Source: Mantamonas sphyraenae STR306 (lineage: Eukaryota > Protista > CRuMs). From it: a DNA stretch of 64,000 nucleotides. A program made the translations under genes and the position numbers. The stretch is from assembly GCA_026936335.1 (NCBI GenBank), contig JAPMXV010000053.1, positions 62,001 to 126,000 on the forward strand, in the 5' to 3' direction. Of the stretch, positions 35,942-45,742 are shown in pieces. The first letter of the stretch is position 1. Every line of letters begins with the position of its first letter. The notes under the pieces were generated by a model. The model was not told where the DNA came from and searched no databases. It was given only the letters and a program-made list of their open reading frames with translations.

Positions 35942-38407
35942 ATGTTTGCCAAACTCACTCGTCCAGCAAGCAACATGACGGCTGCCATGTCGGTACGTAT
36001 GGTGTAGTGTGTGTGGCCTGCATTGCAGGTCACAGAGATGTGGCGCGTGCACCACGTGGCGCCTCGGAGGCGGAAAAGGCGGAAGAGAACCGAACTGACA
36101 CACACTCTCCCACAAAGGCCTCGGCCCAGAGCATGGGTGCCGCAGCAGCATCCACAACCTCTGCCTCTGCAGCGGGCATCTTTGGCCGCTCTACGCAGAC
36201 CCGCGACCTTTCCCAGACCAGCAACGTGTCTCGTGGCAGGTAGGTGTGCCGGCCCTGCGAGTTTCCGTCAATTTTCCGCTCTCGAAGGACCCGCTCGCAT
36301 GGCCAAGCTGTAGGGATCTTGTGGGTCAGCGAGCGCGTTGACCTCCTGCTACGGCTGTGTCGTGCCCCAGGGTACATCGGCGTGAAGTGAAAACACGTGT
36401 GGGCTGCAGCGGAGCGTTCAGACAACAGCGAGCATGCGGAAAGTCGTCGGCAGCGGATTTCCAAGCGCCGACCTACGCACAAAGGCAACAAGACTGACAC
36501 GGAACACGCACACATGCACACAACGTTGCACACACAGCAACACCATCATTGGCATCGACCTGGGTACGACCAACTCGTGTGTGGCCGTGATGGAGGGCGC
36601 ACAGCCGCGTGTGATTGAGAACGCGGAAGGCGCACGCACAACCCCGTCGTATGTGGCGTTCACCAAGGACGGCGAACGTCTGGTGGGCCAGCCAGCCAAA
36701 CGTCAGTCGGTGACAAACCCGAAGAACACGTTGTATGCCACCAAGCGTCTGATCGGACGCACCTTTAACGACGAGGCCACGCAGAAGGATCTGGCCTCCC
36801 TGCCCTACGACATCGTGAAAGGACCCAACGGCGACGCGTGGGTCAAGGTGGGCGACAAAGAATACTCGCCCAGCCAGGTGGGTGCCTTTATCCTGGAAAA
36901 GATGCGCGAGACAGCCGAATCGTTCCTGGGCACAAGCATCAACAAGGCGGTGGTGACCGTGCCGGCCTACTTCAACAACAGCCAGAAGCAGGCTACCAAG
37001 GACGCCGGCGAGATTGCAGGCCTCAAGGTGGAGCGCATCATCAACGAGCCGACGGCAGCTGCGCTTGCATACGGCTTTGACAAGCAGAACGCAGGCAACG
37101 TGGTCGTGTATGATCTGGGCGGAGGCACGTTTGATATCTCCATCCTGGAGATCGACGACGGCAGCTTCGAGGTGCTGGCCACCAACGGCGACACGTCGCT
37201 GGGTGGCGAGGACTTTGACACGGTGATCCTGAACGACGTCATCGAGTCGTTCAAGCAACAGGAGGGCATCGATCTGCGCAAGGACCCGCTGGCTCTGCAG
37301 CGCCTGAAGGACGCTGCCGAGAAAGCCAAACTGGAACTGTCGTCGTCCACTCAGACGGAAATCAACCTGCCGTACATCACGGCAGACGCGTCGGGCCCCA
37401 AGCACATCCAGCAGAGCATCACGCGCAGCAAGTTTGAGTCTCTGACCGCAGACCTCATTGCACGCACGCTGGAGCCGTGCCGCATGTGCCTGGAAGATAC
37501 GGGCCTGAGCAAAGGCGACATCAGCGACGTCATCCTTGTCGGTGGCATGACGCGCATGCCCAAGGTCAGCGAAATGGTGCAAGAGTTTTTCGGTCGCCAG
37601 CCGAGCAAGAGCGTGAACCCAGATGAGGCTGTGGCCTGTGGTGCAGCCATCCAGGGCGGCATTCTGATGGGTGATGTGGACGAGGTTGTGCTGCTGGACA
37701 TTACGCAGCTGTCGCTGGGCATTGAGGTGCAGGGCGGTCTGATGGCCAACATGATCGACCGCGGCACCACGCTGCCCACAAAGAAGAGCGAAATCTTCAG
37801 CACGGCGGCAGACAACCAAACGCATGTGCATATCAAGGTGCTTCAGGGTGAGCGCGAGATGGCAGCAGACAACCACTTGCTGGGCGATTTCTTCCTTCGC
37901 GACATCCCGCCCGCGCCGCGTGGTGTGCCGCAGATCGAGGTGTCGTTTGAGATCGATGCCAACAGCATTGTGCAGGTGTCTGCGCGCGACAAGGCCACCA
38001 ACAAGGAGCAGAAGATTGTGGTGGAGGGCTCCGGCGGCCTGTCCGGCGACGACATCGACCGCATGATCAAGGAGGCCGAGGCCAACCGCGAGAAGGACCA
38101 GGAACGACGTGCAGTGGTGGACAAGAAGAACACTCTGGACTCGACCCTGTGGAGCCTGGACAAGCAGCTCAACGACAACAAGGACAAGTTTGGCGACGAT
38201 GAGCTCAGCGAGCTGCGCAAGACCCTGGGCGACCTGCGCGCAAAGGCGGAGAGTGCCGACAACGTGCAGGCTCTGGAGGAAGCCGAGCGTGAGCTGGCCA
38301 CTGCCTCGCAAAACATCTACCAGAAGATGAGTGGCGACAGCAACACCCAGCAGGGCGGCGCTGACGACAACACCGTCGACGCAGAGTACAAGGAGAAGAA
38401 GGAGTAA
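35942..38407 (+). CDS. HSPA9: Mitochondrial HSP70 (DnaK-type), 3 exons
   Basis: Presequence [12 protein letters not shown] spread over 2 exons; [11 protein letters not shown]; GDAWV; [14 protein letters not shown]. Confidence 0.96.
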
Positions 38408-38696
38408 GGACATTGTGTGTGATGATGAAGTCATGAAGTCAACCATGACGATGGGAGGACGTGACGTGACGGGAAAATGGACGACCAAATGCTGCCAAAA
38501 CAACTGCATGCGTTCCACATTGCTGGTGTTGGGTGACCTGCTCGTCATGGCACACCTTCTCTGCGTTCACATTGTGAAGGGGCAGGGGCAGTCGCGCCCT
38601 CCGCCAATCCAACACGTCCCGTCGATTGCCTTGGGTCCCCGTTCCGCCACACACACTGCGTACAGTGCACACAGCCGTACAACGACCACGTAAACG

Positions 38697-41600
38697 ATGG
38701 ATTTCTTCGACGCTGATGAGGACTACATTGATCACGAGCGGTGTTCGGCGTGGGTAGGGTTTGGCCTGATGTCGTGCTGCTGCCTTTTGGCCATCCCGAT
38801 CGGTGTCTTCATCCCCGTGGCATTCTTCGACGCGGAGTATGTGATGATTGGACCTGGCAGTGACTCGTTTTACGTGCTTGCGATGTGGGGCGTGGGTTTG
38901 CCCCTGGGCTGGCTCTTCTCCTGCTGCCTCCCCGTCCCCTTCTTGTTCAAGTGCTGGTGCCCAAGCTACAAGGACGACGATGAAGGAACGATCCTGCGCA
39001 TCACCTGCGTGTTTTGCGAATTGTTTCTCATGCTGATGTGAGTGTTGTCCGTGCTGTTGCCATGCGCTGCACCGTGCTGACATTTCGCAAACACACGCCT
39101 TTCCCGCTCCCAAAAGGACTGCGTTTGCACTGCTCTTTTTCGTGGCCTCCTTCAATTATGTGCAGAGGATCGAGCCCACCAGCGGCCCCGTGTCGGGTGG
39201 GACCACCGCCAAGATTTGGTTGCGCAACGGTTGCATTGACGATGGGGTACGTGGCGCGCCGGCGGTCGCATTGCGCGACTGGAACTACACCGTGTTCCTG
39301 GACGAGCCGAAAGCAAATGTGACAGGAAAGTGCATAACCAACAGCGACGAGACGTTTCCAGACCTTTCCACTTTTCCGTTGCAGTTCTCCATCCCGGCTG
39401 CGCCGTTGCTACGGTCGAAGATCGAGGCTTCCCCCAGTGGCACGCTGCGGCGCACGGTGCAGGCCAACGCAAAGGAGGAAGGCTGGAGTCCCAACCCTGG
39501 CGTGTACTTTGATTACTACATCCAGCCGACGCTTACAGGAGCCACACCGGGTCTGCTGGACAAGCCAAGCCAAATTTTCATCTCGGGCACCAACATGGCC
39601 AAGACGGATGACCAGGCTGTGCTGCTGATCACCTCGACAGCTGGATACCGTGAGACACACAACGTCACGTGGGACGCAGACACCAAACGCTACGGAGCAG
39701 TGATCCGTGCGGGCAACGACCTGACGTCCGCCGGGGCAGACACGCAGCAGGCTGTCGGGTACATTGCTGTGAATGGGGTGGACTTTTCCACTGCAGGCGT
39801 GTCCATCACATACGTGGGCATTGATCGTCTGTCGCCTGTGGAGAAGCAGTCGAATGTGAATGCGACTGTGTTTGTGTACGGACAGAATCTGCTGCGTGCA
39901 CGTGTCAACCCAGACCCAAGGGCTCGCGTGCGCGGCGTTGGATTTGAGTTTGTGTATCCAGCGACGATTGTGAACCAGACGTTGATGACGTTTGTGCTGC
40001 CGGCAAGCAATCGTTTCGGCAGGGTGACGGTCGATGTGTCGCTGGATGGAGGCAACGTGTACACGAACAGCCAGCTGGAACTGCAGATTGTGGGCACCAA
40101 CACAATGACGCCTGGCAGTGGTCCGATGAGCGGCGGGGCGCTGATTACTGTGCCCGGCGGGTGGACAAACAACCCTGGCCTGGCCTGCTCGTTTGGCAAC
40201 ACCACCGTGTCGGCCACGTTTGTCAGCCCGAAGTGATTACGTGTGTGAGCCCTCCCAGCAACAGCTCTGGTCTTGTGAGCGTGAACATCCTGCCGAGTGC
40301 CACGGGCACCCCGATCCCCATGCCCGGCGGCTTCCTGTTCTACCCGGACCCTGTGATCACGCGCATCTCGCCTACGTTGTTGTCGTACGGCACGGCGTCC
40401 CTGTTGACTGTGGAGGCAAACCTGGTCGACACGCAGGAGCACGTTGTGCAATTTCGCACACAAAGCGTGCCCGTGGTGTCGGTGACCTCGCCCCCGTTGG
40501 AAAAGGACGGCGGGATGATCATTCGGGCCCCATCCTACGTTTCGGAGCCCGAAGCACGCATGCCAGCGACCATTGTGTTTGCTGTGGCCCTCAACGGCCA
40601 GCAATTCCAAACCAACGCCACGCTGCAGATGTTCTGCCCCAATGGCACCTGGTCGGACGTCAACAGCCCAAGTCCATGCCTGCAATGCAACCCGGCCTCG
40701 TCGTGTCTGTCGTTTGGCAAGTGTGCCGATGGCTACGAAGGCCGTCTTTGCGGGTTCTGCTCGCGCTCGCCCAGGTACTACAGGCGCGGCAGCTCGTGCA
40801 TCAAGTGCCCCGAAAACCAGGAGGGGTTGACGTTGGGCATTCTGACCGTGTTTGTGATCTTCCTGGCAGGCTTGTTTTACACGTTTGCTGCTGCTGCAAC
40901 ACGGTTGAAGCAGCGTTTGATGTCGGTGTCGTCCATCAGCGTGATCTTTCTGAACTTTGCCCAGATTAGTGCCATTATCGGCGAGATCGATCTGCAGTGG
41001 CCACCGGAGCTGGTGGAGTTTCTGCAACGTTGGATGTCCCTGTTCCTGTTTGATCTCGAGATCGTGTCGCCCGAGTGCAGCGCAGATGTGACGTATGCTG
41101 ACAAGTGGCTGCTGACTGTGCTCCTGCCCCTCATTATTTTGGGCATGTACCTGCTTGTGTACTTTGCAAAGCTGCTGCAGTTTGCGCGCACGAGGAAGCG
41201 GAGCGACTACACGCCAGAGAAGTGGCGGAACGGGGATCCGTTGCCGTGGTGGGCCACGGAGGATCACCTGAAGATTGTGACACACATTCTTCACTCGTTC
41301 TTCCTCTTTCTGTCACTGGCATACATCTGGCTTTCGGAAAAGACCATGTCGGCGTTCGACTGCACACAACAGCCAGACGGTTCCTTCAGCCTGGACGACC
41401 AGCCAGGCGTGCGATGCGACCCAAGCGACCCTGTGTACGCGAGGTTGATTGCGCCTTCGGTGATCTTTGTGATTCTGTGGGTGATCGGTGTGCCCCTCTT
41501 CTTCCTCTTTGTGATTGTGCAGGGCAAGCGGACCGACCTGTTTGACCACACGCCCATGGTGCAGGATGAGAACGACACCAAGGAGCAGCGCTTGTTCCAT

Positions 41601-42958
41601 TCCACGTTTTCGTTTCTCTACTTGGCGTACAAGCCGTCACGGAGCTACCACGAAGTGAGCGTGCTTGTCCGCAAGGTGATTGTGTCTCTGGTTCCTGTGT
41701 TTCTCTCCACACCCGGGTTGGAGCAGGCTCAGGCAAGCATCCTGATGGTGTTTCTGTGGATCAATGCCATCTACGTGTGGCTGACCAATCCCTTTGTGTG
41801 TCATCGTCAGAGCTGCCGCGAAGATCCGGCAAAGTGCACCATCGCGGCCCGGCCACGCGCGTGGATGTCCTTGCTCTGGCAGCGAATGGTCTGATTGCAA
41901 TGTTTGGTCTGATTACGAGTACCCTGGCACCCACAAACGTGGCAGGACGTACGGTGGTGTCGGTGATGGTCATTTTGATCACTTTGGTGGTGGTTGCCGT
42001 GGGTGCGTTTGTGATGTACGTGGACTACAAGCTGAACAAGATCCACGAGTCGCTGGCAAAGGTGCCCATGACCAAATACGAGGCGCAGATGATGCGACTG
42101 CGGTTCAAACCGCACGCGGTGGGGGTGTTGTTCGGCTCTGTGCTGCGGCTCTTCAGCGTGGAAGAGCTGACGCTGGCCTTCTTTGGGCCACGGCGTAAGA
42201 TTGTCAAGATCAAGAACGCCGATGGAGAGGACGACATTGAAGTGACACCGGAGGAGCCGAAGAACGAGAAACCGAGAAAGGAGAAGAAGAAGGATGTGGA
42301 GATGGTGGCGACAAACAGCACAACAGCAGAGTCGACCAACACGCAGCAGCAGACGACGCCTGCCCCAATGGCTGAGTTGGAAAGCAGTACAGCCAAGAGC
42401 AGTTTGTCGTTGGTGAACAGTGTGATGGGCAAGTCGATGGCATTGCTTGTGGGCGTGCCTTCCGATGGAAGCGACCTGGACGTTGACCAGTCGATCCGCG
42501 AGTGGCATGGCCACGACGACAAGGAAAGGGAGGAGGAGGAGAAAGAGAATGCCACAGCGACAACGGAGAATCAAGGTGGAACCGACTCACAGGTTGTGGA
42601 GATCGTGTTGGAGTCGCGTGGGACAGCGAGCCCAGCAATGGCAGGTGCTGGTGTGGGAGGCGACGACGACTCTGCATCGTCCAAGTCTGACGATGAAGTG
42701 ACTGTGAAGACACCCGTGGCATCAACGACCATCCAAAGAACAACATTTCAGCGAGGAAACAGCTCGAAAGCCATGGGATCTCGACCGTCGTTGCGGGTCA
42801 ACGTCAAAGCAGTCACGGAAGAAGACTCTGCGTCTGTATCTAGCGACTCTTCGTCAGATGTGGCCGAACCCCAGCAGGCCCGCCAGGAGCAACCGAAGCC
42901 AGAAGAGGATGCAGCTTCGGTGTCCAGCGACTCAACATCGTCTTCCGCAAGCGAATGA
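38697..42958 (+). CDS. Large membrane protein: N-terminal TM segments + IPT/TIG repeats + Cys-rich linker + multi-TM domain; 1 intron and 2 apparent 1-nt deletions (~40227, ~41847)
   Basis: Intron ~39038-39116 joins the TM exon to IEPTSGPVSGGT. TIG motifs (PGSGPMSGG, CSFG, ITCVSPP, VSLDGG); CADGYEGRLCGFC; NFAQISAI...WP; FSFLYLAYKP...HEVSVLVRK. Confidence 0.75.

Positions 42959-42986
<28 letters not shown>
42959..42986. repeat. (AC)n microsatellite
   Basis: Directly visible. Confidence 0.95.
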
Positions 42987-42989
<3 letters not shown>

Positions 42990-43081
42990 CGATTGTCCAC
43001 CACATTCCCATGCAGGACGAGTCTGCGTGAATGTTCCTGTGTGAGCAGAGCGTGCTCTGGCGCAGGAAAGAGAACTTCGAG

Positions 43082-44301
43082 ATGCAGGCCCCGTTGCTCT
43101 CGCCGACGCAGACCGAGAGGGACTACTCGATGCCCTGGACACGTGCATTGGTCAGACAGCAAGGAATGTTTGGGATCTGGGTGCTTGGGGATGACGTGGT
43201 TGGGATGGAAAAGGCTGCGGTGGAGGCTGAAGACATCGAACTCTCCGGGGGTCCCCCACCTGTGCTCTACCAACCTCGCTCGCTGATTGAGACCCAATTC
43301 CTCAAATCATCCCTCATTGCCTTGATTCCACAGGATGTGATGAGCGGGATGGGAGCACTTCGGGCGCTCTGGTCGCTCCTGATCCTCACCGGTGTGGTCG
43401 GCGGCTATCTCGTCCCTGTTGGCCCGCTGTCCTTTTTCCCCACGAGATCCCTGTATGCATTGGTGTACTTGGGCATGGCTATAGTTGTGCGCCTCCATCT
43501 GGTCTCGTTCATTGTGTCTGCGAGCAGAAGTCGTCTTGCAACAGCGAAGCAGATCGACACGGCCGCGCGGACAGCAATGCTGGTGGGTACACTTGCCATC
43601 CTGCTCTTTGTGGTCGGTTCTATGGTTCTCATCGCCCATGACGACGCCTTTTTGGCTCTGGGAGGACTGGAGCAGGCAGTGGGGGTCTGGTCGACTGCTG
43701 TGAACTTTGCGCTGCTCGGCGACGCTCTGGAGGTGCTTGTGTTCACCACGACGATCATGCGCTCGCAAACACACACTCATTTGCTGGAAATGCTCCAGCT
43801 ACGCAAAGTCTACCGTGAGGAAGGCGTGGACGCTGAGAAACTGTTGCACTCGATCTACGCCATGTTTCGCCTCCTGGACGAGCAATCGTACTCGTTGCGC
43901 TTTGTCAACTTTTCCCTGTTTGCGTTGCTGTCCTATGTGTTTGTTGGGACGGCAGTGATCCTGTTTACGAATCGTGGAGATCCACAGCTTCGAGTGTTTG
44001 GCTGGATTGCGTATCTGGGCGAGATCGCCGTCTTTCTCGCCCTCCTCACGAACATGAGCATAATCAACACGTATGCAGCGGACGCACACGTCGTTCTGTC
44101 CGACGTGTTTGCGTACGGCGGCGAACAGACAAAGTCGCTCGCCCCAGTCCTCACGTTTCTCAACCGCAACCGTCCCGGTCTCCGCGTCGCTGGGGTCCTC
44201 GTCACTCGCGAGCTCGTCGTCGTGTGGTGTACCTGTTCATTGTCACGAGTGGCAGTGCCGCGTCGGCCAGCTTTCTGATCGATCATGGTGTGTTCAAGTG
44301 A
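43082..44301 (+). CDS. 7TM ion-channel / gustatory-receptor-like protein, paralogue 3 (~406 aa; apparent 1-nt deletion near 44220)
   Basis: About 7 TM segments; C-terminus VLTFLNRNRPGLRVAGVLVTRELV-RVVYLFIVTSG... once the frame is restored; shared family motifs. Confidence 0.72.
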
Positions 44302-44541
44302 CAAGTGAATGACGCCCCGATAATTTCCTGATCGCCACACCCTTCTTCCCCATTCCAAGAACCCAGTCTCATCCACACACCAAAGTGGATCACGACTCAA
44401 GCGCAACCACACAAACTCGCACGTTTCTCGTTTTCCTCGGGTCCCCCTGGATCGTGCACCCATCTTGTGTGTGACCCGCATCAGCCCAGCCGATCTACAC
44501 CTTCGCCACGCAATTGTCCATTCATTGCGGAGCGTTGCCTC

Positions 44542-45588
44542 ATGCTGATCCCACCGTTATACCACGTGTCGCTGAGCACGGGCTCGTTTTTCAGCCTGAC
44601 CAGCCGCGTGTTCTGGATGCTCATTGTGCCGGGGGTGGTCATGGTCCACATTCTGTTCCTGTTTACGCTCATTACGCCGTTTCCGGCGTGGCGTAAGAAG
44701 CAGCTGCAGGCACTGGCGCCTGCGCTGTGGTATGCCTTTGCAGCCCTGCTGGCTCTCGGCGCAATTGCCCTGTGGGCTCTGTACATAACCCCCATCCTGC
44801 GCCTGCTCACTGTGCTCACTCTCAACCAAGATGATTATTTCACTGCCAATGTCCTGGGCGTCTCCACGGCCGTCGCCCACATCGCGATTCCCGCCCTCCT
44901 CTTTCTCAGCCAGCCCTCCGTCCTCACACAAGCGGGCTACACCTGCCTCTTGGTCGACGTGCAAAGCCTCGTCCTACGCGCATGGTTCCGCTACGGACCC
45001 AATCATGACCTCGATGCCCTCGTACGCGCCCTCCTGTGCTACGTGGGACTCTCCCTCGCACTCGTTCCCATCCTCGTCTGGCGCCTCCTCATATACCGCA
45101 GCCACCGCGGCCACCTTGCCCAGTACAAGGAAGCCGTCTTGGCATATTTGTCTCTGCATCGCCAGCTGCAGCACAAGCCCCACAGCAAGGTGCTGGCGGA
45201 CCAGTGCCTTCAGCTCGCCGAGGCCATCGACGCCCAATTTGTCAGTGTGACTCCTCTGCGCCTGCTCACCCAATACGACTCCCTCGGTGCACAGATACAC
45301 TACCACACCACAGTTGCCTCCCCTTCCTCCTCCTCCTCCTCTTCTTCTTCATCATCCTCCTCCTCCTCCTCCTCCTCCGCCACCGTATCATCGACGCTTC
45401 CACCTCCCACCCCTCGCAACGGCAGAGATCCCACAAAGACCGCCTCCATACGCTCTCCCGAGCATTCCAAACGCCTTGAAGACCTTCATGACAAGCGTTC
45501 CCGTGCTCTCGCCCAGCTGCTTGACTTTGCCGAGGTGTCCGACCTTGAACTCGACGAACTGGAGCGAGAAGTCCAACGTGACGAGTAG
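44542..45588 (+). CDS. Hypothetical multi-pass membrane protein with poly-Ser tract
   Basis: Long ORF, ~5 hydrophobic segments, helical C-terminus. Confidence 0.6.
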   Translation: MLIPPLYHVSLSTGSFFSLTSRVFWMLIVPGVVMVHILFLFTLITPFPAWRKKQLQALAPALWYAFAALLALGAIALWALYITPILRLLTVLTLNQDDYFTANVLGVSTAVAHIAIPALLFLSQPSVLTQAGYTCLLVDVQSLVLRAWFRYGPNHDLDALVRALLCYVGLSLALVPILVWRLLIYRSHRGHLAQYKEAVLAYLSLHRQLQHKPHSKVLADQCLQLAEAIDAQFVSVTPLRLLTQYDSLGAQIHYHTTVASPSSSSSSSSSSSSSSSSSSATVSSTLPPPTPRNGRDPTKTASIRSPEHSKRLEDLHDKRSRALAQLLDFAEVSDLELDELEREVQRDE

Positions 45589-45742
45589 CACTCGACGTGT
45601 GTGGATCTCTCTGCTTTGTGTGTGAGTGTGTGTGCCTCTGTGAAGCACCACCATGTCGAGGGGCATCATTTGAACGAATATACTGTGATTGCGCGCCGCC
45701 CTCTCCCCCAACGAAACAACTCACGCACCCACAAAGCACGCC

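Noticed and set aside
6180-40240. Euplotes-like stop-codon-directed (+2) programmed frameshifting, since TGA closely follows the shifts in PI4KA, TOR1-like and the TIG protein
   Set aside because: In SLC12 the homologous sequence switches frame ~35 codons before the next stop, and each site is fixed by one homopolymer base. TGA arises trivially from NTG-A in the shifted frame.
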